A DNA stretch of 64,000 nucleotides from an uncultured Nitrospinota bacterium (GCA_963707985.1 CAVPRW010000010.1:240303-304302); one strand, 5' to 3'; shown: positions 51,741-63,816, numbered from the stretch's first letter. Translations and numbers: made by a program. The notes: generated by a model not told the origin, from the sequence alone.

Positions 51741-53162
51741 ATGGTTGCTCAGGCATGGAGGCGATGGTCATCGGTGACATTTTTGACTCGTTGGCTGCCC
51801 AATACTCCCCTCCTCCACCTCGACGCCTGGCACATGGACGACACCGCCACCCAGCTCACGTTGCAGCTGACCTCGACCCAGGCCCTGGTGCATGGTCCGC
51901 TCTGCCGGTTTCCGACGCGGCGGGTCCAGCGTCGCGAGGGCCGCAGGGTGCTGGATCGGCCTTGGGGCCCATGGCGCGTTGTGCTCCACCTGCAGGTGCG
52001 AACGGTCTTCTGCGCCAATGGCCGCTGCCCCCGGCGCATCTTGACCGAGCGGCTGGCTCCGTTGATCGCGCCGGGGGCTCGACGCACGCCGCGGCTCGTG
52101 CAGGGGTTCGTGCACATCGCCGTGGCGCGGGCGGGCTCGGCCGGGGCCCGCCGAAGCCGTGGCTTGGGCCTCCCCGTCAGTCGCACCACCCTCCTGCGCC
52201 TGCGGCGTCGTGTGCCCCTCCCGGATGTGGCCACCCCCCGGGGGCTTGGTGTCGACGACTGGGCCATGCGGAAGGGTCGGACCTCGGGGACCATCATGAG
52301 TGATCTCGAGCGGCATCGAGCCCTCGCCCTTCTGCCCGATCGGGAGGCCCAGACGGTGGCCTGATGGTGGCCGGCGCCTCCTGGCGTCCGCGTGATCGCC
52401 CGGGATCGGTCCAGCGCCTCTGCGGATGGAGCCCGACACGGTGCTCCCGACGCGATCCGGGTCGCGGACCGCGTTCACCGCTGGCAGCACCTGGCCGAAG
52501 CCCTCGACCAGGTGTTTCACGCGCCTGGTCCATTCCTCGAGGCCGTCCATGAGACCCTCCGCCAGGCGCCGGTCACGCTGCCCGACGGCACGCGGGCGGT
52601 GCCGGTCCCCCCCCAGCGCCGCCAAGGAACGCCCAGGAGCTCGCGAACCAACGGCCGGCGCAGCGGCTGGCGCGCCGGCCGCAGATCGGGGCCGACCACC
52701 GTCAGGGGTGGCCGGGGTGGGCCATGGCCCCGCCGCTGGGGGTTGGCAAGCATACCGTGGTGCGTGATCTCCGGACGGAGACCTGCCCCGCGCGTCAGCG
52801 TCGGACGGACCGCGGCCGCCCTCTCCTCACGCCCTCCACCTTCTCGCTCCTCGACCGCTGGAACGCCGGTTGTCGTGACGCCTGGCGACGGTTTCGCGAG
52901 TGCCAACAGCGGGGTGATCCCGGAGCTCGGCCACGGTCGCCCGCGAGGCGCCGCGTCTGCGCCACGCCCAAGGGTGGACATCCCGGCAACGGCGACCACG
53001 CCATCCCCTGCCGGTCGTGACCACACGCCGCCCCGCGCCTTGACCCCGCGCCGGGCCACCTGGCTGGTCCGGCGGCGGCCGGAGACGCAGGACGCACACG
53101 ACGCGGCGCAGATCGCCCAGCTGCAAGCCCAGCATCCCGAGCTGGCCGCCGCCATTATCTGA
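51741..53162 (+). pseudogene. ISL3-family transposase remnant (frameshift at about 52.37 kb, degenerate zinc finger, truncated C-terminus); GC about 75%
   Basis: GVDDWAMRKGRTSGTIMSDLERHRALALLPDRE (frame 1) then VIARDRSSASADGARHGAPDAIRVADRVHRWQHLAEALDQVF (frame 2) and LVRRRPETQDAHDAAQIAQLQAQHPELA. Confidence 0.7.
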
Positions 53163-53519
53163 GCCCAGGATTTTGCCCGATGCCCAGCCCCAGAATTCCC
53201 CCCGCCACGACGACGAGCGGGAGCGGCTGGCGATCAAGCCATGTGGCAGCCTTGGATGCGAACCGGGGTGATTTTGGCATGGCTCTGTCAGCTCGGGACT
53301 TCTCGCCCAATCCTCGACTATGTCGTACTGCGGGGCATGGTATAATACAGATCGATGATCCATTTAGGGGGTGCGCAATCTCGCGCCTGTAATCCCTCAG
53401 CCACAGCGAGAGAAGTCCTCCCCTGAGATCGCCTGCCACACACCAGGGCGAAGGCGAGACATGCGGCCAGCGGCGCTCCATGAACCAGCACCACGGATAA
53501 TTGCCAGAGGGAGGTTTGT

Positions 53520-54104
53520 ATGGCAGATAATCCCGACACCATCACGACGCCCCAAGCGGCCATGACCCCGGTGGGGATTAACCACCTTGTCTTGAACGTT
53601 CGCAATATGGACGAGTCGCACACATTCTGGACGGAGATTATGGGCTTCAAGCAGGTCGGCGAGCTCCACCCGCGTCCGGACGTGCAGCGGCCCAACATGC
53701 GCTTTTACAGTGGCGACCACAACGGCAAGCTCAACCACCATGACCTTGCACTCGTGGAAATGCCCACCCTGCCCCCGCCGCCGCCATGGAGTATGTCCGA
53801 CAGCCCCCTGGCGATCAACCACATTGCCATTGCCTTGCCGAGCCGTGAAGCCTGGCTCCAGCAGTTGGCATTCCTGCAAAGCAGAGGAGTCCCATTCCAC
53901 AGGCGCGTCAACCACGGCATGACGCACAGCGTCTACATCAACGACCCGAACGGCTATGGCATCGAGGTGCTGTACGAGCTGCCGCGCGAGGTGTGGGAAG
54001 GTGACATCGACGCCGCGTTGAACTATGCCGAGCGTCTTCCCACCGAAGGCGAGGCAGCCTTGGTGGACGACCCGCAAAGCGTGCCGGTGTTCGGCAAGCC
54101 CTAA
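53520..54104 (+). CDS. VOC-family (glyoxalase/extradiol-dioxygenase fold) protein
   Basis: GINHLVLNVRNMDESHTFWTEIMGF...AINHIAIAL...GIEVLYE; GGGAGG SD. Confidence 0.75.
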   Translation: MADNPDTITTPQAAMTPVGINHLVLNVRNMDESHTFWTEIMGFKQVGELHPRPDVQRPNMRFYSGDHNGKLNHHDLALVEMPTLPPPPPWSMSDSPLAINHIAIALPSREAWLQQLAFLQSRGVPFHRRVNHGMTHSVYINDPNGYGIEVLYELPREVWEGDIDAALNYAERLPTEGEAALVDDPQSVPVFGKP

Positions 54105-54176
54105 TCATGGGGTCATTCCGGCGGCGCGTCGATCGTGCAAATCGTCGGCGCGCCGTGTTTCTCCTCTGCAATATCC

Positions 54177-54988
54177 CTAGTAATACACCGAGCGCCCCGC
54201 CCCACCGGTGGCAACGATGAGCTCACCGCTGATCGCCCAGGCCTTGTCGGACGCCAGGAACGCCGTCACGGTGGCGATTTCCGACGCATCCACCATACGG
54301 CAGATGGCATTGCCACGTGGAGAGTCAGGGGCGAAGTCGCGCCGTTCGACCTCCTCGGGAGAGATGCCCAGCTCGGCGGCACGGGTGGCCAGCAAGCTTG
54401 GGGTGCGCTCGGTGCGGGTAGTGCCGGGGTGCACGCAGTTGACCGTGATCCCATAGCGGCCCAACTGCACCGCCAGCGTCTTGGTGAAGTGCACGAGGGA
54501 CACATTGCGCGCCCCACCGCTGAGGTTTCCGGCGTTGCGGGCGTTGGTGCCGCTGATGTTGACGATGCGACCCCAGCCCTGCTCCTTCAAGTAGGGGATA
54601 GCGGCGCGGGCGCAGCGTAACGCCCCCATATATTTCACGTCGAAATCGGTGAGCAAATCCTCGTCTTTGAGGGTGTCGATGGGTCCAGTGGCCGTACCTC
54701 CAGGGTAGGAACCGCTGTTCACCAGAATGTGCAGGCCGCCTAACTGTTGGGCCGCCTCAGCGACCATACGATCCACCTGCTCCCGGCTGCTCACATCGGC
54801 CGGCAGCGGGATCACGCGCCGTCCGGTCTCTGCTGCCAATTCCTGAGCGGCCTGCTCCAAGGTCTCTTTGGTGCGCGCCGCAATGACCACGTCAGCCCCT
54901 TCACGAGCCAACTCCTGGGCGATGGCCTTGCCAATTCCCCGGCTCCCCCCGACGACGATCGCATGCTTGCCCTGCAGTCCAAGGTCCA
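54177..54988 (-). CDS. SDR-family oxidoreductase
   Basis: GKHAIVVGGSRGIGKAIA Rossmann motif, NSGS..., YxxxK; GGAGGG SD. Confidence 0.85.
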
Positions 54989-55526
54989 TGATGTTCCCTC
55001 CGTGTGTTGTCATGTATGAAAGGCGGCGTAGCTCTCACCTAACCCTCCTCCACAAGGGTAGATGGCCAGAGTGATGGTGAAATCTTGGCGCACAACCCTA
55101 TGCGTGTACCCCCGCACCGGCATGTGTTGCGAAAAAGTCAAGAATGCGATCGCGTATGTGGTCTGGGGCTTGCGATTCGAGATGCACGTCCCAGTAGTCA
55201 GCACCAGGGATCCACTCTTCCAGGTACCGGGCGCATGAGGTCGCATGAGAATCGGTATGGCCCGGGAGAATCAGGGTCGGGAGGTTGCCAGCGCGTCCAT
55301 GCTATCACAATTGCGTCTTGCGGCATAGACCGGACTAGAAAGACCTAGATCGAGAAGCCCGCCGGTCATGGCCAGCTCAGGGCCCTCGGCCGATGGCAAG
55401 ATTTTGCGGCCCATGGAGTAGAGGGACGGCAGGTTTTGGAGTATGATAGCTGGCGATCGAGGGAATTTTGGTCCTCACCGGCGTCGCGCTAACATCCTTC
55501 TCGATGCGAAAGCATGAAAGGCGAGC

Positions 55527-56861
55527 ATGAAGCAGGCACAGGTAGAAGAGGCGCCCGTTCGTAAACATACACGTCTGTTCTATGGCTGGTGGATCGTTAT
55601 TGTAGGCTGTATCCTGGATGCCGTGAAGGGTGGTACATTCAACTCTGGGTTCTCCCTGTATTTCCTGCCTGTCCTCACCGAGCTGAATCTCAGTCGGGCC
55701 GCCACCTCCCTCCCGTTCTCCCTGGCAAAGCTCGAGTCCGCCCTGCAAGGCCCACTCATTGGGTATCTCATCGATCGCTTTGATTTGCGGGTCATGCTGG
55801 TCTCGGGGACCATTTTGGCCGGAGGGGGGTTTATCCTGCTGTCCTTCACACACAGCTATCTCACCTTCCTCCTGGTGTTTATGGGTCTTCTCAGTCTGGG
55901 GTTTCAGGCTGGCTTCAACCATGCCACGATGGCGGCTGTGAACCATTGGTTCCTGCGCAAGCGGGGAGTGGCCATGTCCATCGTCCAGACCGGCCAGGCG
56001 CTCGGTGGGGTCCTGATCTTCCCCCTGGTGGCCCTCGCCGTCCTGAAACTCGGCTGGCGTTCCGCCGCGTTCCTCTCCGGCATCGGCGTGCTGGCGATGG
56101 TGCCTCTGGTCCTGGTGGTCCGTCGCTCCCCAGAGAGTATGGGCTTGCTGCCGGACGGCGAACCGCGAGCCAGGCGCGATCCATCAGCCGTCGTGACCAG
56201 TCGCGTGCGGCGGCTCCGAGAGCCGGAGGAGTTTACCGCCAGGGAGGCCTTCAGGACGCCGGCTTTCTGGCTAGTGGCCGCCTTCCACGGCTTGCGCAAC
56301 ATTCCTTACGCAGGGGTGTCGGTGCACCTGGTGCCACTGCTCGTCTGGAAGGGGTTGGACGAGCATACGGCGGCGTTCTTCGTGGGATTGACAGCTTTCT
56401 GCGCTGTCATCGTCCGGCCCCTGACCGGGTGGATGGGAGACCGCTGGTCGAAGCAGAACATCGGTGCTATGGGGGTGATGCTGGGCGGACTGGGGCTTGT
56501 CGTGCTCGTGTGCAGCAATGGCGCACTCTGGACCATCGTTCTCTTCGCATTCTTGTCTTCATTTGCTGATGGCGTCAATTCTGTGACCTGGGCATTGGTC
56601 GGAGACTTTTTCGGCCGCAACCATTTCGCCTCGATCCGTGGTTGGATGGGCACGATTCAAAGCGTTGTGGCGATGCCAGGAGCAGTATTCACCGGCTGGA
56701 TCTATGACCAGACACATAGCTATACCTATGCGGTGATTCCATTTATCTTTATCTACGCGCTGGCTGGCCTGGCATTGTGGCAGGCGCCTCGACCTAGAAA
56801 GCCACAGGGTGTGGACATCCCTGTAGGACAAGCGATGGACATCCAACCATCCCGGCCTTGA
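55527..56861 (+). CDS. MFS transporter (OFA-like)
   Basis: 12 predicted hydrophobic segments, 444 aa, MFS signature loops. Confidence 0.8.
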   Translation: MKQAQVEEAPVRKHTRLFYGWWIVIVGCILDAVKGGTFNSGFSLYFLPVLTELNLSRAATSLPFSLAKLESALQGPLIGYLIDRFDLRVMLVSGTILAGGGFILLSFTHSYLTFLLVFMGLLSLGFQAGFNHATMAAVNHWFLRKRGVAMSIVQTGQALGGVLIFPLVALAVLKLGWRSAAFLSGIGVLAMVPLVLVVRRSPESMGLLPDGEPRARRDPSAVVTSRVRRLREPEEFTAREAFRTPAFWLVAAFHGLRNIPYAGVSVHLVPLLVWKGLDEHTAAFFVGLTAFCAVIVRPLTGWMGDRWSKQNIGAMGVMLGGLGLVVLVCSNGALWTIVLFAFLSSFADGVNSVTWALVGDFFGRNHFASIRGWMGTIQSVVAMPGAVFTGWIYDQTHSYTYAVIPFIFIYALAGLALWQAPRPRKPQGVDIPVGQAMDIQPSRP

Positions 56862-57116
56862 ACCCATACGGGGATGCTGGCCATTCTGGAGGAGGTCGCG
56901 GCCCCAGATGGCGCTGCTGGCACCTCAGCGTCGTCATCGCGGCGGGTGCAGCTCCAAGTTGGTGCCCCGTTGGCCGGAGGCACATAGGAAGGAGAAAGAC
57001 AGACACTGCTGACGATACGGGACGCGTTCATGGTACCATACTGCCGGTAACCCCGAGACGTGCAGTGGTCCCACTACCGGGCTTCATCGAGAACTTTCAC
57101 AACTGGAACCTAGAGC

Positions 57117-58043
57117 ATGAACCTACATGTGTTTGCAGGCAATCCGCTTGACCGTAGTGATGTCCAACGCCGAGATCAGCAATGGCTCGAGGCCCAAGCG
57201 AAAAACCCTCAGAGCCGTTTCCTGCCCCTCTGGCAGCTGAACGTGTTGCTCTGCTCTGAGCCGGAGACCCGCCTTGGCTGGCTGAGCCCTGCCGATATCG
57301 AGCGCCTGGAGATCGACGTCCCTCCGGTGTTCCTCGGCCAGCACGACGGCGTGGCGCACTTCGCCATCGATATTTCTCAGCTTGGCGACCCGCCACACGA
57401 ATTGGACCTCGATCAGGCCTGGCGGTTCGAAGAGGCGAGGGCTGCGGCCACACAGCTGAGCTCCGCCGAAACCGGCATCCTGGCGCAGAGCCGAGCGCAG
57501 ATCGACTGGCACCGACGCCACCAATTTTGCAGCGTGTGCGGCCAGCGGACGGTCCAAGGTCGTGGCGGGCACGTGCGCCAGTGCTCGGGCTGCAAAGCGG
57601 AGCATTTTCCTCGTACCGACCCGGTCGCCATCATGGTCGTGTCCGACGGGGCTCGGTGCCTGTTGGGTCAGAGTCGCGGAAGGCTGTCGCGAACGGGGAC
57701 GTATTCCGCGTTGGCGGGCTTCATCGACCAGGGCGAGTCGATCGAAGAAGCGGTCCGCCGCGAAGTAAAGGAGGAGGCTGGCATCAAGGTGGGGCAGGTC
57801 CGTTACCATTCATCACAGCCCTGGCCCTTTCCCTCATCGCTGATGATCGGCTGTCATGGCAAGGCCCTGAGCACCGACATCCACATCGATGCCGGAGAGA
57901 TGACCGACGTCCGGTGGTTCAGCCGCGATGAGGTTCTGGCCGCGCTCACGGGCGAACACCCGGACCTGCGGGTGCCGGCGCCGATTGCTATCGCGCACCA
58001 CCTGATCAAGGCCTGGGCCGAAGGCGACGTCCGCCTGGACTAA
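57117..58043 (+). CDS. nudC: NAD+ diphosphatase NudC (Nudix with zinc ribbon)
   Basis: CSVCGQRT...CSGCKAEHFPRTDPVAI zinc ribbon then Nudix box GFIDQGESIEEAVRREVKEEAGI. Confidence 0.8.
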   Translation: MNLHVFAGNPLDRSDVQRRDQQWLEAQAKNPQSRFLPLWQLNVLLCSEPETRLGWLSPADIERLEIDVPPVFLGQHDGVAHFAIDISQLGDPPHELDLDQAWRFEEARAAATQLSSAETGILAQSRAQIDWHRRHQFCSVCGQRTVQGRGGHVRQCSGCKAEHFPRTDPVAIMVVSDGARCLLGQSRGRLSRTGTYSALAGFIDQGESIEEAVRREVKEEAGIKVGQVRYHSSQPWPFPSSLMIGCHGKALSTDIHIDAGEMTDVRWFSRDEVLAALTGEHPDLRVPAPIAIAHHLIKAWAEGDVRLD

Positions 58044-58055
58044 TCCAGGCGACAG

Positions 58056-58982
58056 ATGCGGCCGCCCCCCGCTTGCATCCTACCAGGTGCAGTGCTAAGG
58101 TGGAAAGCCTCATCTACTCGCCATCGACGAGCACCAGGGGCCGAATTCCCGAGTGGAGGGCAGCGTGTGACTGCAGGCACAGCAGGACCGCTTCAGGCAT
58201 CATGGAGCTGGCTTATCACGGTCACGGTGGTCGGTCTGGCGCTGCTGGCAACTCCTTTAGCGTTGATGGGACAACCGTTGCCAACACCGCAGCCGGAAGC
58301 AAAGATTCCGGTGGTGGTGCTGGACCCCGGGCGGGGAGGTGCCAATGTCGGGAGCAGCGGAGCGACTGGGCTGTTGGAAAAGGATGTCACATTGCAGCTG
58401 GCCATTGAGGCCGGACGTCTCATCGAGGATTTGCTTGGAGCCCACGTCGTCCTCACCCGTACCGATGACACCGACGTGCCTCTCGATGCGCGCGCCGCGA
58501 CGGCCAATCAGGCTGGTGGGGATCTCTTCATCAGCCTCCATGCCAGTGGCTCACTCGCAACGGCGCGACGGGAATTTCAGACCTTTTACTTCAATGATCT
58601 CCAGGAGAAATCGCCTGCTGGACGCGAGCCGGAGAACGAGCGCGAGGTCACCGGTGAAGGAGGACCGCGGCGCCGCGGAGCGGCGGCGACGCCACCAGCC
58701 ATCCTGTGGGATCAGGCACAGGTCGATTTTCTCGAGACCAGCCAGATGCTGGCACGCCTGCTGGATAAAAATCTACGGGCGCAGGTCGCAGAAGAGGGGC
58801 GAGGAGTCTTCGGTTTGCCTATCCTGTTGCTCCGCTGGCTGCGCATGCCGGCTGTGCTGCTGGATATCGGGACACCAAGCGATCCGGGCTTCGAAGCCAA
58901 ACTGCGTGATGATGCCTATGTGCAGCGCGCTGCCTTGGGCATTGCGCAAGCCGTGAACGACTTTCAAGCGCTACAGCACTAA
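58056..58982 (+). CDS. N-acetylmuramoyl-L-alanine amidase (Amidase_3), membrane-anchored; true start probably internal (GTG about 58169)
   Basis: VVLDPGRGGANVG...EKDVTLQLA...ISLHASG Amidase_3 blocks. Confidence 0.75.
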   Translation: MRPPPACILPGAVLRWKASSTRHRRAPGAEFPSGGQRVTAGTAGPLQASWSWLITVTVVGLALLATPLALMGQPLPTPQPEAKIPVVVLDPGRGGANVGSSGATGLLEKDVTLQLAIEAGRLIEDLLGAHVVLTRTDDTDVPLDARAATANQAGGDLFISLHASGSLATARREFQTFYFNDLQEKSPAGREPENEREVTGEGGPRRRGAAATPPAILWDQAQVDFLETSQMLARLLDKNLRAQVAEEGRGVFGLPILLLRWLRMPAVLLDIGTPSDPGFEAKLRDDAYVQRAALGIAQAVNDFQALQH

Positions 58983-58991
58983 GGCATCGCC

Positions 58992-59594
58992 ATGAGGGGA
59001 GGTTACAGGGTCAGATCAATTCGGGCGAAGTCGAGGGCGAGTTCCTGGGGCTGGATTGGCGCGGGGATTCTGCTAGTGCTGAGCGTGGGAGCGCTATGGT
59101 GGTTGCTGGGGTTGCCTGGCATGAATCGTATGCCGCTCGATATCACCGAGCGTGGGAGCAATACCCCCCCTGGAGAGGATCTCAGTCTCTGGTTTGCTTC
59201 TCGACAGGAAGATGCGCTGGTCTTGGAGAGACGCCGCGTGCCTCCAAACCAGACTCCGATTGACCGGGTGAAGGCCAGCCTTGCGGAGTTGATTGCCGGA
59301 CCCAAAAGCGCTGCTTTGCGAACGGTACCCGCCGAGGTGAAATTCCGTGAAGTCTTTATCGATGACCAGGGGACGGCCTACATCGATTTTAGCGAGGCGC
59401 TGAGGCAGACCCACCCAGGCGGGCCGTGGGCAGAAATGCTGACGCTGCGATCGATCATGCAAACCCTCGTGGCCAACGTCCCAGAGATTAAACGGGTGCA
59501 GATTCTGATCGAAGGACACGAGGTGGAGACCCTCGCCGGCCATATCGATATCCGTAGACCCCTTGACACGACCTGGATCATCAATCAACGCTGA
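58992..59594 (+). CDS. GerMN-domain protein
   Basis: N-terminal TM then GerMN-like domain; classical pairing with upstream amidase. Confidence 0.65.
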   Translation: MRGGYRVRSIRAKSRASSWGWIGAGILLVLSVGALWWLLGLPGMNRMPLDITERGSNTPPGEDLSLWFASRQEDALVLERRRVPPNQTPIDRVKASLAELIAGPKSAALRTVPAEVKFREVFIDDQGTAYIDFSEALRQTHPGGPWAEMLTLRSIMQTLVANVPEIKRVQILIEGHEVETLAGHIDIRRPLDTTWIINQR

Positions 59595-59614
59595 GTCAGG
59601 TAGAGGAGAGATGT

Positions 59615-60412
59615 GTGAGAGCTGATGGGCGACAACCCGACGAGTTACGACCGGTACGTTTCACACGTCACTTCAATAAATACGCTGAAGGCTCGGTTCT
59701 CATCGAGGTTGGGGATACGAAGGTCATCTGTACGGCGAGCGTTGAAGAGGGGGTCCCGCCATTTCGTCGGGACAGCGGCGAGGGCTGGCTGACGGCGGAG
59801 TACGCGATGTTGCCACGGTCCACGGGCACACGCAACCCGCGCGAATCGGCGCGTGGACGTATTGGCGGACGAACGCATGAAATCCAGCGGCTGATCGGCC
59901 GTTCGCTGCGAGCGGTAGTGGATTTCCAGAGGTTGGGGCAGCGCACTGTCTGGATCGATTGCGATGTCATCCAAGCTGACGGGGGGACGCGCACAGCATC
60001 GATCACCGGGAGCTTTATCGCCGTCTTCGATGCCCTGGAGCACCTGCATGCGCAGGGCGTCATTCCGGAGGTTCCGCTGTGGGATTATGTGGCAGCGACC
60101 AGTGTGGGCATCGTTGCCGAACAACCCCTCCTTGATCTGAGCTATGAGGAGGATTCAGCCTGTGAGGTCGACATGAACGTCGTCATGACCGGTGCTGGAC
60201 GGTTGATCGAGGTACAGGGGACGGCCGAGCACCAACCGTTTGCACGAGAGGATCTGGACCAGTTGCTGGATTTGGCGACGCACGGTGTGGATCAACTGGT
60301 TGCCCTGCAACGCGGTCTCATTGGGGAGGATGGTTTTGCGCTTAACGCTCCTCGTCGGAACCACGAATTCGGGAAAGCTCGTCGAGATCCAGAGAATCTT
60401 GTCGGGGCTTGA
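59615..60412 (+). CDS. rph: Ribonuclease PH
   Basis: [14 protein letters not shown]...[16 protein letters not shown]...[20 protein letters not shown]; GTG start with GAGGAG SD. Confidence 0.85.
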   Translation: MRADGRQPDELRPVRFTRHFNKYAEGSVLIEVGDTKVICTASVEEGVPPFRRDSGEGWLTAEYAMLPRSTGTRNPRESARGRIGGRTHEIQRLIGRSLRAVVDFQRLGQRTVWIDCDVIQADGGTRTASITGSFIAVFDALEHLHAQGVIPEVPLWDYVAATSVGIVAEQPLLDLSYEEDSACEVDMNVVMTGAGRLIEVQGTAEHQPFAREDLDQLLDLATHGVDQLVALQRGLIGEDGFALNAPRRNHEFGKARRDPENLVGA

Positions 60413-60956
60413 CCTCGACCTCCGCCCGTTGGCTGATTTCGAGCCAGCACCCGAGGTGGTCGAGGACGGTCTGACCTATCATGACAACGCCGTCAAGAAG
60501 GCACAGACGATCGCTGCCTGGAGCGGTCAGCTGACCCTGGCGGACGATTCTGGCCTGGAAGTGGCGGCCCTAGGGGGCGAGCCTGGCGTCCGTACGGCAC
60601 GGTTTGGCGGCCCTGGGCTGAGCTCCCGTGAGCGCTGCCTGTATCTGCTGGAACGTCTGCACGGTGTCCCGGACCGCCAGCGGCAAGCGGTCTTTCGCTG
60701 TGTGGTAGTGCTGATGGAGCCCGCCGGGCGGATGATCGTGCGTGAGGGGCAGTGTCCAGGGGTGATCGGGCATGACCTGCGAGGTGAAGGCGGCTTTGGG
60801 TATGATCCGCTCTTCTGGTTGCCGGAGCACGGATGCACGTTTGCCGAGCTGTCATCGGAGCAAAAGGACGCGAGCAGCCACCGCGCCAAGGCGCTGCGAG
60901 CCTTGATTCCGGTGCTCACCGTGCTGGCTCAGGGCGGTCCATGGCCGGAAGAATGA
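60329..60956 (+). CDS. rdgB: Non-canonical purine NTP pyrophosphatase RdgB/HAM1
   Basis: [18 protein letters not shown]...[12 protein letters not shown]...SHRAKAL. Confidence 0.85.
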
Positions 60957-61032
60957 GCCTTGCGGTTTTTGCCGCGGTGTGCTAGATATACTGCACCTTC
61001 TTGAAGGTGCCGGGAAGTGGTTGCAAGTCAGT

Positions 61033-61111
<79 letters not shown>

Positions 61112-61123
61112 TATGACGCACAA

Positions 61124-61197
61124 GCGCCCGTAGCTCAAACGGATAGAGCACGAGCCTTCTAAGCTTGGGGTTGCAGGTTCGATTCCTGCCGGGCGCG
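61124..61197 (+). tRNA. tRNA-Arg (anticodon TCT)
   Basis: Acceptor gcgcccg/cgggcgc, anticodon loop ctTCTaa, T-loop ttcgatt. Confidence 0.85.
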
Positions 61198-61238
61198 CTG
61201 GCTCGGGCGCTCTCCCTACGGACGACCGAACGGTTGAT

Positions 61239-61311
61239 GGTGGGCGTAGCTCAGCGGCAGAGCACTGGGTTGTGGCCCCAGGGGTCGCGGGTTCAAATCC
61301 CGTCGCTCACC
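61239..61311 (+). tRNA. tRNA-His (anticodon GTG) with encoded G-1
   Basis: G-1 pairs with discriminator C; anticodon loop ttGTGgc; T-loop ttcaaat. Confidence 0.85.
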
Positions 61312-61321
61312 CTTTGTACAA

Positions 61322-61678
61322 TTAGCCATTAGCGCGCTCCTGATCGGACGGTTGAGAGCCAACTATGAGTGAACTTTGGGTTTCGAGCTTCTGAGAGGCT
61401 TCCAAGAGGTCACCATCGCTCACAATCGCATACCGACGGTAGACGCTCTCGGAGCGATGGCCTGACACTTTGGTCGCCTCCGAAAGGGGAACTCCCACAC
61501 GCTCCACGTTCCGAATGGCAGTACGTCGAAAATCGTGCCGCAGCATTCCAGGGCATCCGTCCTTCTTACATGCGGTTTTCCAGGCTTTCTTGAAGCCCTT
61601 AATTCTCGCCCCCTTGAATCTTCCCTCTAAGCTCGACTTTCGCCCTTTGTACGGTCAAGAGTCGGAAATTTGCACGGT
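61322..61678 (-). pseudogene. Tyrosine recombinase/phage integrase C-terminal fragment (box II and catalytic Tyr only), 10 bp from tRNA-His 3' end
   Basis: ...IKGFKKAWKTACKKDGCPGMLRHDFRRTAIRNVERVGVPLSEATKVSGHRSESVYRRYA = F.K.W..A...AG...HDLRHT...GH.S...T.RY; upstream in-frame stop at 61679. Confidence 0.65.
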
Positions 61679-62406
61679 CCTACCGGCAAGAGTCGGAAGC
61701 CGGCAGGGAAGAACAGGCTTTCATGGTGAAATAGTCGCAAGCCTCTGTCTCCCTCGGACAACCCACGCTCTGGAAGCGGTTTGAGCATGAAGGTTCCTAA
61801 TGTTGCCTTGCCCATCCTGACAAGGCTTCGGCCGACGTGTTCCCCTCCCCCCTCCCATCGATGCCTTGGCCTCCTGGTTAGCGCTCTGCTGACGACGGGG
61901 AGACGGACTGTCGATCATCGCCTGTTTGGCTTCAACCGAATCAGGCAGCTTTTTTTTCTACCGTTGTAAACTAGCTCAACATAGTGAGTTGTAAGATTGA
62001 AACATCGTAGCAGGTGATAATCCTTTAGAATCAGGTGGTGCCACGGTGGTGACTAGCGCAAAATGCGATCGAGAAGCTCGTAACTGGCTGAAATGACTAG
62101 GGCTGCCCCAGGCCCAGTCACGTCTCAAGAGTGAGTTTTACACCGGTAGTTTTGTTCAGCCACGCTAGGTCCATCGTGAGGCGGCCGATGGCTGTAGAGT
62201 GCTTCCTCTCGTTCGCGGCCACGGTGGTGACTGGCCGCAGCCGGCTGAATGGCGGGCTCCACCACGAGCCGCGGCCGTTTTCACTCCCGGCCTGTGAGCC
62301 AGGCCCGTATGGTTGTTTCCTGCGGCTCTCGGCGGCGTGGGCTGAGCCCCACCAAGCGACGCAAGCGTGGCACGCCTGTCTGCACCCGTGCCTGCGACCA
62401 CGTCCC

Positions 62407-63606
62407 CTAGACATGCTGCCGCAGGGTATCGAGGCCGAGGCCGGTCAGCACCCAACGACTGACCGGCCGAGGCGCCCTGGGCGTGTCGGTGGGCAAGTGC
62501 GCCCGGCTCATGGCCATCGCCTCTTCTGGCAAGGCCCAGGCCATGAGCCACGCCCGGACCGTGGCTTCCACACTGGTGGGGGGGGTACTCCGGATGTGAT
62601 GGAGCTGGAGCAACGGTTTCATTCGTTGACACACGAGTTCCACGGGCCAGCGTGCCCGATACAGGCGCAGGACGTCGCCCAGCGACCACGCAGTGGCGGC
62701 CAGCGTGGGGACGAGTCGCACCCACGCCGCCAGGCGTCACGCCGTCGCGCTCGGCGTCCGCCCCTGCGTTTGGGCCTGGTGCCGCACCCGTCGCCGGGCG
62801 ATGGCCGCGGCCGCGGGCGGGAGCTCAGCGGCCAACAGCCGGACGGCATCGCGCTGGTGCTGCCAGGCGCACCACCCATGCCATGCCCGCGTGGCCGGGC
62901 CTGGCGGCTGCAGCCATGGCACGACCTCGAAGGCCTCCCCCGCCACCGTGTCCAGCGGGAAGGTGGCGGGTGTGCCCCGCAGCACACTGTGCGCCTGCGG
63001 GTGGGTCGCGCTGGCGACGCTCGCACGGTCGCCAGCGCCGTGGTCGGCGACCGCGAGGTCACCGGGCTGCAGGGCAACGGGCACCAGACGTTCGCCCCCG
63101 TACCGATCCGTCACACGGACCTGGGCGAGCCGGCCCGCGGTGCAGTCATACGCCACAGGCAGCCGCCAGTCGTCCCCCGTGCCGCCCGGCTGCCGGAGCG
63201 TGCTCGCCTCCACGCGCAGCACACGGCCCCGAGGGCAGGAGGACTGCGGGGCGACCGCCCGTGGGGTGGCCCCCAAGGCGCTCAGGCGCCAGAGCCACCA
63301 GGGATGACAGGCCCGCAACCGTTTGCGCCAGGCGGTCTCTGCGAGATCCGCGAGCCCGATCAGCACGGCCCAAGCGCCGAGACGCCGGGTCGACAGGGCG
63401 CCTAGGACATCGGCCAGCACCGCCCGCAAGAGGTCGACCGGGGTGGCGAGGCCGCGCACCCGTTGGAAGGCTTGATGCGTGCGGGCCTGGGCGGCGAGAT
63501 CCGCAGGCAACCGTGGCACCACCTCATGGGCCCACGTCTCCTCCACGAGCGCCAGTGGTGCCTCACCGGGACGATCGGTCTGATGGGTCAAGACCCGCAG
63601 AGACAC
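62407..63606 (-). pseudogene. IS4-family DDE transposase with an in-frame stop (62734-62736); GC about 75%
   Basis: [43 protein letters not shown]...[12 protein letters not shown] and downstream LYRARWPVELVCQRMKPLLQL in same frame after the stop. Confidence 0.6.
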
Positions 63607-63687
63607 CTCCGGAAGATGGTCATGGTCTGGCCACCATCATCTGAGCGGAAGGCCTGTGCTGGCCCTAGTCTCCATTGTTGAGGCGCT

Positions 63688-63816
63688 TCAGTTCGCGCCT
63701 ATGGGATGTACCCCCTGCTCGCTGGCCAGTTCATGGATCATTTTCAACCCCTTCTCGGCTTCCGGGGCCAGTTGAAACTTCAACTGCGCACTATACTGAT
63801 GGCGTTGCTTCGACAT
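63688..63816 (-). pseudogene. IS3-family OrfA N-terminal fragment (HTH), truncated
   Basis: MSKQRHQYSAQLKFQLAPEAEKGLKMIHELASEQGVHP matches IS3 OrfA M.K.R..YS.EFK...V....G...I.E.A.E.GV.P; ends after about 40 aa. Confidence 0.5.

Noticed and set aside
52294-53606. Many long overlapping ORFs (up to 330 aa) on both strands in the ISL3/IS4 regions, including 62131-63405 (+)
   Set aside because: These regions are about 75% GC and stop-codon poor. The products are Arg/Pro/Ala/Gly-rich with no motifs. Only the frames with transposase signatures were kept.
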